UHGV virus genome: UHGV-0008619
From: a virus
Length of the DNA stretch: 40,339 nt
Reading direction: 5' to 3' (one strand)
Part shown: piece by piece, positions 1 through 8,508 of the stretch
How positions within the stretch are numbered: the first letter of the stretch is position 1
How the letters are laid out: each line of letters begins with the position of its first letter
The notes under the pieces: model-generated
Seen by the model: only the letters and a program-made list of their open reading frames with translations
What the model was told of the DNA's origin: nothing
Databases searched by the model: none
Program-made: the position numbers and the translations under genes

Positions 1-306
1 CTGGCGCTGGAAAACAAGGAATTAGCGCCAAAAGCGGCTGTCTGTGATGCGATTGTAAGAAACGAACAGCATCGCAACGCGACACAGGTTGCCAAGCCTT
101 TGGGTATGACTGCTACGCAACTCAACAAAAAACTTGAACAGGTCGACGTCTACGATACGCGGATTAAGCGAGGCGGTCGTATGTTCAAGCAGTGGTTCGT
201 AGACAAAGGCTACGGAGTGGTAAAATGTTCGGCTGAAGGTTACGTCCAATCACTATTTACTGCTAAGGGTCAGATTTGGGTGTCTGAACTTTTTGCGTGT
301 AAGTAG
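1..306 (+). CDS. 5'-truncated small protein with HTH-like segment (possible early regulator)
   Basis: Reading frame of ORF 100..306 stays open back to base 1 with no stop; segment ATQVAKPLGMTATQLNKKL looks helix-turn-helix-like; lies at head of + strand early block. Confidence 0.35.
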   Translation: MALENKELAPKAAVCDAIVRNEQHRNATQVAKPLGMTATQLNKKLEQVDVYDTRIKRGGRMFKQWFVDKGYGVVKCSAEGYVQSLFTAKGQIWVSELFACK

Positions 307-339
307 GTATACATTTTGTTAACTGGAGGGATTAACATT

Positions 340-1470
340 ATGTCGCAAAGAAAAATCAGCGATGAGCAATTGATCGCTGAATACAACAACGGTTTAACGT
401 ACAAACAGATTGCTGAGAAGTACGGCATGTCAAAACGCAATGTCGAGCGCCTGGGCGCAAAACTGGCAAAACGCGGTTTATTATCAACACGCCGCGCGCC
501 TGGTTTTGGCGTCAATGGCGAGTCGTTGCTAGTCGATAAAAACGGCAATGTGATCATGCGCTGGATTAAAACAGCCCGTGACCGCGACGAAATGGAACAG
601 TTAATGGAAGCGGCCCGCGACGCTTTCACGGATGAAATACCACGCGCGGAGGCTGTGCCAGTGCCTGAAATTGATTTTCAAAAAAGCCTGGCACTTTACC
701 CGGTATTTGACCTGCATATCGGGGCGCTTGCTCATAAAGCAGAATGCGGTGAGAGCTACGATACTGGGATCGCTGAGCGCGTGTTAAATGACTTCTTTGA
801 CTACGCTGTTGGCGCTGCTCCGATGTCTGAAAAAGCCGTACTGCTCCTCGGTGGCGATCTGCTTCATTCTGACGGTATGGTCCCGGTGACGCCAATAAGC
901 GGGCACATTCTTGATCAAGATAGTCGCTACGCAAAACTTGTTTATGTGGCGATCCGGTCGGTCCGGCGGGCGGTAGGGAAGATGTTGCTAAATCATAAGG
1001 ATGTGGAAATCCAGGTGTTATCAGGGAATCATGATCAGTCTGGTATGATTTGGCTACGTGCGGCGCTTGCGGCTTTTTACGAAGATGAACCGCGCGTGAC
1101 GGTTGATGTGTCACCTACTATCGTCCACCACACGCAGTACGGGAAAACATTTCTTGCTTACCACCACGGGCACACTATCAAAAAACCGGAAAATTTATTG
1201 GCTGCTTGCGTATCTGACTGGCGCGATGATTTCGGCAAGTCGAAATATGTTTACGTCCATGTCGGACATTTGCACCATAAATCAGTAACAGAATCATCTA
1301 TAGGCATAGTTGAACACCACGGCACGTTAGCGGGCAAAGACGCTTATTCAACTAATGGAGGATGGAGATCGCAACGTTGCGCTGCGGTTATCCTTTACAG
1401 TCCTGATTATGGCGAAATTGGTCGCTTTGTATATAGGCCTGAAATGGTGGGGTGTCATGATGTGGGATGA
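340..1470 (+). CDS. HTH domain fused to calcineurin-like metallophosphoesterase (possible replication initiation/nuclease protein)
   Basis: GGAGGG RBS 9 nt upstream of ATG 340; N-terminal HTH (LTYKQIAEKYGMSKRNVERL); phosphoesterase-type motifs DLHIG, GGDLLHSDG, GNHD, GHLHH; directly upstream of helicase. Confidence 0.6.
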   Translation: MSQRKISDEQLIAEYNNGLTYKQIAEKYGMSKRNVERLGAKLAKRGLLSTRRAPGFGVNGESLLVDKNGNVIMRWIKTARDRDEMEQLMEAARDAFTDEIPRAEAVPVPEIDFQKSLALYPVFDLHIGALAHKAECGESYDTGIAERVLNDFFDYAVGAAPMSEKAVLLLGGDLLHSDGMVPVTPISGHILDQDSRYAKLVYVAIRSVRRAVGKMLLNHKDVEIQVLSGNHDQSGMIWLRAALAAFYEDEPRVTVDVSPTIVHHTQYGKTFLAYHHGHTIKKPENLLAACVSDWRDDFGKSKYVYVHVGHLHHKSVTESSIGIVEHHGTLAGKDAYSTNGGWRSQRCAAVILYSPDYGEIGRFVYRPEMVGCHDVG

Positions 1471-1963
1471 TTTGTTTACATATAGCGACGGCGTTCTATA
1501 TTGGTCTTGTAACCGTGCAAATAACAAAATAAAAGCAGGTAGCGTGGCTGGATGTAAACATTATCGCGGATATTGGACTGTACGCGTTAATGGTATTTGT
1601 TGCACATGGCGTCACCGCATTATCTGGGAAATGTTTAACGGCCCTATTCCTGATGGAATGGAAATAGATCACATAAATCATGTACCTGGTGACGATAGAA
1701 TCGAAAACTTAAGGATGGTGACAAGGAAGGAGAATAACAGAAACAAAACAATGCCATCAAGTAATACTAGCGGATGCGTTGGCGTTACGTGGAACAAGAA
1801 AACCAATAAATGGCGTGCGCAAATAGGTATAAGGGGGTCTGATGGGAAAAAGAAAACAATATACGTTTATTACGGTGACTCATTTGATGATGCCGTAAAA
1901 GCAAGAAAAGAAGCTGAAAGAATGTATAACTTTCATAGCAATCACGGTATTTCTTTACCCTGA
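1457..1963 (+). CDS. HNH homing endonuclease (HNH plus AP2-like DNA-binding region)
   Basis: ATG 1457 overlaps stop of upstream gene; motifs IKAGSVAGCKH, HRIIWEMFNGPIPDGMEIDHINHVPGDDRIENLR; paralogous to 35629..36135. Confidence 0.85.
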   Translation: MMWDDLFTYSDGVLYWSCNRANNKIKAGSVAGCKHYRGYWTVRVNGICCTWRHRIIWEMFNGPIPDGMEIDHINHVPGDDRIENLRMVTRKENNRNKTMPSSNTSGCVGVTWNKKTNKWRAQIGIRGSDGKKKTIYVYYGDSFDDAVKARKEAERMYNFHSNHGISLP

Positions 1964-1997
1964 ATTTTCCATTTTGTAAACCGGAGGAAATAACATA

Positions 1998-4448
1998 ATG
2001 GTAACTGAGCAAATAAACTCACTACGGCAGGAACGTGAGGCGTCAGTTATCGGCGGGCTGCTGTTAGGCGGCCTAACTCCTAACGCGCAAGATGTTCTCG
2101 CCACGCTTGATCCTGAAGTGTTCACAATCCCGCTCTATAGACGTGCGTTTGAAGTTATCCGGGCGCAAGCCAGAAACAGGAATCTTATCGACGCGTTGCT
2201 TGTTGGCGATGAGATTGGCAATGAAAATTTCGTACCTCTAATGCAAACGGCGCGTTCGTGCCCTTCTGCTGCCAACCTGAAGGGGTACGCACAGCTACTA
2301 CGTGAAGAGCACCAGCGGCGGCAGATGTTGGAACTCATCGACGATATGCGTTACAAGCTGGAAACAGGTACGCTTGAGGTCGTCAAAGAGACGATGAAGG
2401 ATTTTGATTCCCGATATTCAAAATTAAAGGTAACGAAAGACAAGATCATTCCGGTGTTGTTGCGCGATGCGGTACAGGAATATACGGATGTTTTAAGCAA
2501 GCGCATGGAATGCGGTGTTAATTCTGACAACATCAAAACAGGTATTGACCCGCTCGATGAAATGTTAGGCGGCATTAACGCTACTGATTTGGTACTTCTC
2601 GCCGGACGCCCTGGGTCTGGTAAAGCGCTAAAAAACAGTGAAAAAATACTGCTTGAAAATGGAGAATGGACTACTCATGGCAAAGTTAAGGTTGGTGATG
2701 TCATCGCATCAATAGACGGCAAGCCCTCTGTTGTTACAGGTGTCTTTCCTCAAGGCGTTAGGGATATTTACGAAATTGAATTCGAAGACGGTAGAAAAAT
2801 TGATAGCGCTGATTGCCATTTGTGGGAAATAAGTAGTACGAAGTGGAACGCTCCACGTGTAGTCGATACTGTCGGACTTAATGATTTACTTAGCAAGGTA
2901 CGCTATCAAGGCCGTGTACATATCCCTGTTTTTGGTGGCGATTGCGGTATTGACAATAATATCGGCATTGATCCGTGGTTGCTTGGCGCTCTTATAGGTG
3001 ATGGTTGCTTATCACATAGTGGCGTAAGTATTAGCTGCGGTCAGGATTACATACTTAACCGCGTTAAACTTACTTGCTGCGATCTTGATGTTAAGCGAAT
3101 TGGTAGTAATCAATATGATTACCGCATTACTGCAAAAGGAAGAGGATGCAAAAACCATCTGATCGATGCGCTTGGTAAAATGGGGCTTTATGGTAAGCAT
3201 TCATGGGAAAAATTTATTCCGGATATTATTTATTCATCAAGTAAAAATATCAGGCTGGGCGTGCTCGTTGGGCTACTTGAAACTGATGGTTGGATTGAAA
3301 AAAAAGGGAGTTTGTATTATGCGTCATGTAGCAAATCGTTAACAAACGATGTGATTCGTCTTGCTAGATCACTTGGCGGGTGCGGGCACATGAGAGTAAA
3401 AAATAATGTTACTTTCTCATACAAGGGAGAAAAAAGAATTGGTAGGGATTCTTATATTGCGACGTTAAAACTTCCTGACTGGGTTTTAGCAAAAATAGAA
3501 CACCCTCGTCTAAAATCAAGATTACCAGAAAACAGGATGTATAAACACGGATTGCAAATTAAATCAGTTACGTTTAAAGGTAAGGAGGAATGCACATGTA
3601 TTATGGTTAGCCATGATAGTCACCTTTATATTACTTCTGACTATATCGTTACACATAATACATCTCTTGCATTAAAGATAGCTCAACAAGCTGCTATGCG
3701 CCCATATCCAGGCATGGAAGGTCAGCGGGTAGGCGTTTTGCTGTTTACGCTTGAAATGTCACTCGATCAGATGACTGAGCGTGCTATAGCTGGCGCTGGC
3801 AATTTATCAACTGACTGCCTGCGCAATCCGGTAAAACTTGATGATGAGGGGTGGGCGCATGTCGGCCAGGGTATGAGCGCACTTGCTAATCTTGATGTGT
3901 GGATCGTTGACGCGTCGCAGTTAACGGTTGAGGAAATACGCGCAACAACGGAACGCATGAAACAGGATCACCCAAATTTGGGTATGGTAATGATTGACTA
4001 TATCGGTTTAATGAAGCTGGCTAAAGCCGAACGTCACGATCTCGCCGTGGGGCAATTATCGTGGTCGTTAAAGATGATGGCGAAAGAATTGCGCGTACCA
4101 GTGTTGGCACTGGCGCAATTATCACGCCGAGTTGAGGAACGACCGAACAAGCGCCCTAACAATTCTGATCTTCGTGATTCTGGCAACCTTGAGCAAGATG
4201 CCGACAGGATCATCATGGTTTACCGCGATGGGTATTACGACGAACAGTCTGTTGCCCGCGAATATATGGAAATCATTGTGTCAAAAAACCGTCATGGTAA
4301 GTCTGGAACTGTTTACCAGCGGTTTGATGACAACGGTAATATCTTGCCATGCGACCAGGCTCGCGCAGCCGCCGCGTGTATTCAGTCAATGAATCATCGC
4401 ACAAGCCGTTTTAACCAACGAAACAATCAGAATAACACATCTTTTTAA
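1998..4448 (+). CDS. DnaB-like replicative helicase, intein-containing
   Basis: GGAGG RBS; Walker A GRPGSGK interrupted and resumed as TSLALKIA; downstream helicase motifs FTLEMS, DYIGLM, NRHGKSG; 816 aa because of a 345 aa insertion. Confidence 0.9.
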   Translation: MVTEQINSLRQEREASVIGGLLLGGLTPNAQDVLATLDPEVFTIPLYRRAFEVIRAQARNRNLIDALLVGDEIGNENFVPLMQTARSCPSAANLKGYAQLLREEHQRRQMLELIDDMRYKLETGTLEVVKETMKDFDSRYSKLKVTKDKIIPVLLRDAVQEYTDVLSKRMECGVNSDNIKTGIDPLDEMLGGINATDLVLLAGRPGSGKALKNSEKILLENGEWTTHGKVKVGDVIASIDGKPSVVTGVFPQGVRDIYEIEFEDGRKIDSADCHLWEISSTKWNAPRVVDTVGLNDLLSKVRYQGRVHIPVFGGDCGIDNNIGIDPWLLGALIGDGCLSHSGVSISCGQDYILNRVKLTCCDLDVKRIGSNQYDYRITAKGRGCKNHLIDALGKMGLYGKHSWEKFIPDIIYSSSKNIRLGVLVGLLETDGWIEKKGSLYYASCSKSLTNDVIRLARSLGGCGHMRVKNNVTFSYKGEKRIGRDSYIATLKLPDWVLAKIEHPRLKSRLPENRMYKHGLQIKSVTFKGKEECTCIMVSHDSHLYITSDYIVTHNTSLALKIAQQAAMRPYPGMEGQRVGVLLFTLEMSLDQMTERAIAGAGNLSTDCLRNPVKLDDEGWAHVGQGMSALANLDVWIVDASQLTVEEIRATTERMKQDHPNLGMVMIDYIGLMKLAKAERHDLAVGQLSWSLKMMAKELRVPVLALAQLSRRVEERPNKRPNNSDLRDSGNLEQDADRIIMVYRDGYYDEQSVAREYMEIIVSKNRHGKSGTVYQRFDDNGNILPCDQARAAAACIQSMNHRTSRFNQRNNQNNTSF
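2625..3659 (+). mobile_element. Intein with LAGLIDADG homing endonuclease domain inserted in helicase P-loop
   Basis: Insertion between GSGK and T of Walker A; two LAGLIDADG-type motifs (LLGALIGDGCL, LVGLLETDGWI); ends THN followed by Thr +1; starts with Ala not Cys/Ser. Confidence 0.8.
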
Positions 4449-4524
4449 TTAATCTGAGCAAACGGCTTACCGGAAAGTTTACCGCTTTCTGGTGGCTGTT
4501 ATCGCGTTTTAAACGAGGCTAAAA

Positions 4525-5082
4525 ATGAGCGCTGAAATTGAAACAAAAATTATCAATATCCTTGAACTTGATGGCATCGCAACAATGCACCAGTTACGCC
4601 AGAAAACAGGGTTATTGGCTTGGTATGATAAGGACGGAATCATGCCTGAGACAATTAAACACTTAATAAAAAACGGCATCGTCGAGCGCGTGTATACATG
4701 TTTTGGACGCCGCCGCCGCCTGCTGGGTTATCGCATTAAACAGTTATATGCTGAACGTCGTGAGCGTGTTGCGTCGTTATTTGGTGACTACAGCGTTAAA
4801 AAACGTATGCGCGACATTAGCGCTGAAACGGGAATACCGTGGAATTATCTTTCTCGTACTATGCGTTTAATGGTGATTGATGAAACGCTTTGCGTTGATC
4901 CAAATAGACACGGGGTTAATTTTTACTCACTGTTTAAACCTGGGCGATTCGGTCACGCCAATGATCTGGCGTTTGACTTTGATAGCCGCCTGAACGAATA
5001 CCGGAAAAATAATGGCTTGTTGCCGGATAAACCAGTATTTGAAATAGAAAAACTTAACGGTGAAACGGGGTTGGAATTATGA
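4525..5082 (+). CDS. hypothetical protein
   Basis: 185 aa ORF with GAGG RBS upstream of ATG 4525; no recognisable motif. Confidence 0.55.
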   Translation: MSAEIETKIINILELDGIATMHQLRQKTGLLAWYDKDGIMPETIKHLIKNGIVERVYTCFGRRRRLLGYRIKQLYAERRERVASLFGDYSVKKRMRDISAETGIPWNYLSRTMRLMVIDETLCVDPNRHGVNFYSLFKPGRFGHANDLAFDFDSRLNEYRKNNGLLPDKPVFEIEKLNGETGLEL

Positions 5083-5285
5083 GACGGGTAATATTCTATT
5101 CAGTTGAAACGTTTGTTGACAATACGCGTGTTTATTATCCGTGGGAAGTATACGACGCAATGGTTTATACACCGCCACTGATGCGGAAGTATAAACACGT
5201 AAAATTTAACCGGGTTTTTGTGCCAATGCGCGATGCACTGCGGGCGCTGCGTGGGGAATTACGAAACACAATGCGGATTGTGTAA
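5079..5285 (+). CDS. hypothetical protein
   Basis: 68 aa ORF, start overlaps stop of upstream gene (ATGA coupling). Confidence 0.45.
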   Translation: MRRVIFYSVETFVDNTRVYYPWEVYDAMVYTPPLMRKYKHVKFNRVFVPMRDALRALRGELRNTMRIV

Positions 5286-5295
5286 GGGGTAAGTC

Positions 5296-5523
5296 ATGAA
5301 CAAGGAATTAGATTTAACCGTGGAGGATTTGAGCACGATTGCGGAATACATGCGCGGCGGCGATCCTGATAAGCCTGTCACGGTTGATATAAAATATTTA
5401 AAAGGCGCTTTTATGACTTCTTCGAGATTGGTAAGTCTTGATGCAATTATAAAAGCGCGCTGGGAAAGTTGGCAGGAATATAAAGCGAAAAATAAGGCAA
5501 AAAGAAATAATGCGGCAAATTAG
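5296..5523 (+). CDS. hypothetical protein
   Basis: 75 aa ORF in compact + strand operon. Confidence 0.45.
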   Translation: MNKELDLTVEDLSTIAEYMRGGDPDKPVTVDIKYLKGAFMTSSRLVSLDAIIKARWESWQEYKAKNKAKRNNAAN

Positions 5524-5962
5524 ATTTGAAATAGTAAACGACGCCGTAAAAGAAAACGCTATCAGGCAGATAAGGGAAATCCATCCTGATGACAAAAGCC
5601 CGCTGATAATTACCATCCAGGAGAAAACACGATCACTGAGTCAAAACAGCCTTTTATGGGCGCTATTAACAGACGTTAGCGATCAGGTTAATTGGTACGG
5701 TAAAAAGCTGTCACCGGAAGACTGGAAGGCGGTATTCACTGCCGGGCTTAAGAAATATGGCGTTGTCCCTAATCTGGATAAATCAGGTTTTGTTGTGCTG
5801 GGTACGTCAACCAGCCGGATGAGTAAAGCAGAATTTAGCGAATTAATCGAACTGATCTACTCGTTCGGTGCGGAACATGGTGTTCAGTGGTCTGGCGATA
5901 CGAAGTTAAACGAGGAATTTATAAAACGCTGGGGCAATAATGGTTCGTTATTACATGGCTAA
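5510..5962 (+). CDS. ninB: NinB/Orf-family recombination protein
   Basis: Protein MRQIRFEIVNDAVKENAIRQIREIHPDD...ITIQEKTRSLSQNSLLWALLTDVS matches the lambda NinB N-terminus pattern recalled from memory. Confidence 0.8.
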   Translation: MRQIRFEIVNDAVKENAIRQIREIHPDDKSPLIITIQEKTRSLSQNSLLWALLTDVSDQVNWYGKKLSPEDWKAVFTAGLKKYGVVPNLDKSGFVVLGTSTSRMSKAEFSELIELIYSFGAEHGVQWSGDTKLNEEFIKRWGNNGSLLHG

Positions 5963-6116
5963 ACCTACAGGCATTTTATACAAGATTGATGGCGAATACG
6001 TTTACTATTTTCACAACCAGGCGCGTGATTGGCGGTTGTGTCACGCGCACTTTAAGCACGAAATAGAAAATCACCCTGAATATTTTATCAAAGTTGACAA
6101 TGTAACTGTGGCGTAA
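5940..6116 (+). CDS. small hypothetical protein (58 aa, below ORF-track cutoff)
   Basis: ATG 5940 (or 5955) to TAA 6114-6116, fills gap between ninB and next gene. Confidence 0.3.
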   Translation: MVRYYMAKPTGILYKIDGEYVYYFHNQARDWRLCHAHFKHEIENHPEYFIKVDNVTVA

Positions 6117-6130
6117 TTGAGGATAAGCAA

Positions 6131-6790
6131 ATGAATAAACTTAAAGCAATTGGCGTGATTAGCCATCGCACTAACCCTGAGTGTTACCCATCGTTTGAGG
6201 TAACAACATGCCGCACGGAATATAATTTTGGATCATGCTATTTAGTTGGTGTCCGCGCTGATACTCGCGGCACTTATTCAGTTATGGCGTCAAGCTGGAA
6301 ATTTGATAAATACGCTAATTTATCGAATAAGGATGATGACGGCATGAATAAAGAAAGTGAGATCATTGATGAATTAATCGAAGATGAGCGGCATGATTGC
6401 GATAAACCGGAAGTTACAGAATGGAAGGCAGGAGAAAAGCCGCCGTGCGGAGTGTGGCTTGATTGCATTGGATCAAGAAGCGATATAGTGATTGATGTCG
6501 TTAAGTTTTTCTACCTGGGCGATAACTGGTCTATTGCTCACAGTAAGTTAGAAACTGTTATTGAAACACCAATTGCATGGAAACAATACTCGTACCGCAT
6601 TCACATTGACCCGAAAGAAAAAGCACTGGCGGAAATTGCGTTTGCGCTGGCTACTAAGGTGATTGGTGAAGATGCGGCAAAAGAAATTAATTTTAACCGC
6701 GACAACGAATTTTCATGCGATTATCGCAACATGGCGCAAGCTATTATCGACGGATGTATCGGACACGTTGAATACACGGGGGATAAATAA
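6131..6790 (+). CDS. hypothetical protein
   Basis: 219 aa ORF, GAGGAT RBS upstream of ATG 6131. Confidence 0.55.
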   Translation: MNKLKAIGVISHRTNPECYPSFEVTTCRTEYNFGSCYLVGVRADTRGTYSVMASSWKFDKYANLSNKDDDGMNKESEIIDELIEDERHDCDKPEVTEWKAGEKPPCGVWLDCIGSRSDIVIDVVKFFYLGDNWSIAHSKLETVIETPIAWKQYSYRIHIDPKEKALAEIAFALATKVIGEDAAKEINFNRDNEFSCDYRNMAQAIIDGCIGHVEYTGDK

Positions 6791-7020
6791 TGGATAAGAT
6801 CGGGACAATTCTTCTTAGTCGCCCTGCCATCTGCCGGATGCTGGGCGGAATTAGCAGGGGGACGTTTTATTTATGGCGTAAAAAGTGGGAGGAAAACGGA
6901 ACCCCATTCCCGGCCCCGGTTGATGTATTGGGGACCGGGCGGGGCGTCATGTACCGCTATCAAGAGGTGATGCGGTTCTTTGATAAGATCGGATTAACGC
7001 CAGCCAGAGATAAGACGTAA
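6790..7020 (+). CDS. excisionase-like / AlpA-type HTH DNA-binding protein
   Basis: 76 aa, small basic HTH protein (GGISRGTFYLWRKKWEENGTPFPAPV); convergent with and overlapping 3' end of integrase. Confidence 0.6.
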   Translation: MDKIGTILLSRPAICRMLGGISRGTFYLWRKKWEENGTPFPAPVDVLGTGRGVMYRYQEVMRFFDKIGLTPARDKT

Positions 7021-8174
7021 TCCGCAAATTTATTTAACGCCTCCTTTTGTTCATCAAGATAATCATATTTGTCGTACACCGCCAGTATTCCCCTGAGTGA
7101 ATGGCCTAAGATCTTTTCCGCGATATGTACCGGAACACCTATAGCTGAAAGGTGTGTCCGGCACGTCCTGCGGAGGTCGTGACAGGACCATGATTTACCG
7201 CCCATCCTTTTACGCACGAAGATTGCGGCTACTTTTATCACTGATGCGTTTACTGGCCTGTTACCGCCGTTAATCACTGGCGGGAACACATAATCATACT
7301 CATGGGAGGCTAATACCTCCCTGAGCATTTTTATCGACAAATCTGATAATCCCCGCCTGATTTCACTTCTTGTCTTCGCCACTGCCGCCGGGACGGTCCA
7401 TACCCCGTTATCCAGGTCGAGGTGTTCCCTTCTCATTTTCTGCAACTCCCCCACCCTGCACCCAGTTAGCAATAATAGCCTTAATGCTATCTTGTTTTGA
7501 CGGTAGATCTGCGAATCATCCACCGTTCGCCAGAAATGGCCTATTTCATCGCATGATAAATAACGCTCGCCAACCGCATAATTTTCGCCAACGTCAATAA
7601 CCCTGATATTGTTTATCGCTGTACTGGTCATCAACCCGCGCCGGATAGCGCTGTTCACAACAATCTTCATTCGCTTAAGTATCAGGCCAGCCGTAACCGC
7701 GTGCCCAGCCGCAGTGATCTCGCCGAATATGTCCATCCATTGTTTCGTACTGACATCATCGGCAATATACTCACCGAATTTATCGACAACATGGCGCTTA
7801 AGCGCGCTCCTGACGTCATTATATGCAACCAGCTTAATAACGTTAGGCAGGGATAAATAGTCACTCACAATGGCGCTTATTGTTAATTTGCCACGCTCAA
7901 TATCTATCGCTTGCTTTACTGAAACAGTCGGGTTCTTCCCCTTCGCTAACAGCTCTTTGTATTCTGCCACCGCGTAGCGTGCATCTTTCAATGTCATTCT
8001 GCCGTAATCGCCGATCTTCATCCTCACGGGCTTACCGTTGAACCTGTACCGGAACTGGAAAACAATTTTCCCCTTCGGGCTTATCCTGGCAGACAAGCCA
8101 TCGCGATCTGCTATCTCGTTCGGGCCGTCATACGGCTTGTTTGCTATTGCGCGTAATTTAGTATCCGTCAGCAT
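6960..8174 (-). CDS. int: tyrosine integrase (P4-like)
   Basis: 404 aa; N-terminal arm-binding type region, C-terminal catalytic region with HDLRRT...GH..Y-type residues; strong RBS AAAGAGGTG before ATG 8174. Confidence 0.9.
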   Translation of the reverse strand: MLTDTKLRAIANKPYDGPNEIADRDGLSARISPKGKIVFQFRYRFNGKPVRMKIGDYGRMTLKDARYAVAEYKELLAKGKNPTVSVKQAIDIERGKLTISAIVSDYLSLPNVIKLVAYNDVRSALKRHVVDKFGEYIADDVSTKQWMDIFGEITAAGHAVTAGLILKRMKIVVNSAIRRGLMTSTAINNIRVIDVGENYAVGERYLSCDEIGHFWRTVDDSQIYRQNKIALRLLLLTGCRVGELQKMRREHLDLDNGVWTVPAAVAKTRSEIRRGLSDLSIKMLREVLASHEYDYVFPPVINGGNRPVNASVIKVAAIFVRKRMGGKSWSCHDLRRTCRTHLSAIGVPVHIAEKILGHSLRGILAVYDKYDYLDEQKEALNKFADYVLSLAGVNPILSKNRITS

Positions 8175-8189
8175 TATGACACCTCTTTT

Positions 8190-8211
8190 TTGGTCACGAT
8201 TTGGTACACAA
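8190..8211. repeat. 22-bp direct repeat copy 1 (TTGGTCACGATTTGGTACACAA), candidate integrase arm/att site
   Basis: 21/22 identical to copy at 8431..8452; internally a tandem of TTGGT(C/A)AC half-sites; immediately upstream of int. Confidence 0.5.
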
Positions 8212-8430
8212 TTTTATCTGAACGGATATTAACATCATCGAACGGATTAAAACACATCTGCGGAAGATTGATGTGTAACTTAGTGAATTTAAATGATATT
8301 TTTTATCATCCATCAACCAGTCTGAACGCAACTAAACACTATGAATCGTTACTGTCTGGAATGATTATCACTGTGAATAATCATTTATAAAACAGTGTGT
8401 TGCATTGATTTTGTTTTTGGTTTTGGATAT

Positions 8431-8452
8431 TTGGTCACAATTTGGTACACAA
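8431..8452. repeat. 22-bp direct repeat copy 2 (TTGGTCACAATTTGGTACACAA)
   Basis: Direct repeat of 8190..8211, 241 bp away in same intergenic region. Confidence 0.5.
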
Positions 8453-8479
8453 AAAGAAACGAGGCGTTAGCCTCGTTTC
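8449..8479 (-). terminator. rho-independent terminator after tail fibre gene
   Basis: Hairpin AAACGAGGC-GTTA-GCCTCGTTT followed on - strand by T-run (CTTTTTGTG). Confidence 0.6.
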
Positions 8480-8508
8480 GCGCGGCGATGTTCTTCGCAC
8501 ATCACCTA

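Noticed and set aside
626-1114. Minus-strand 162 aa ORF inside the HTH-phosphoesterase gene
   Set aside because: Entirely antisense to a gene with clear motifs and RBS; Arg/Pro/Gln-rich composition typical of a spurious frame.
4449-4524. Imperfect inverted repeat (CCGGAAAG ... CTTTCTGG) between helicase and next gene as terminator
   Set aside because: Stem has a mismatch and no U-tract; could be an attenuator but the evidence is weak.
8175-8508. tRNA gene at the attachment region
   Set aside because: Could not identify a convincing cloverleaf (acceptor stem plus T-loop GTTC-type motif) by eye; only short direct and inverted repeats are present.
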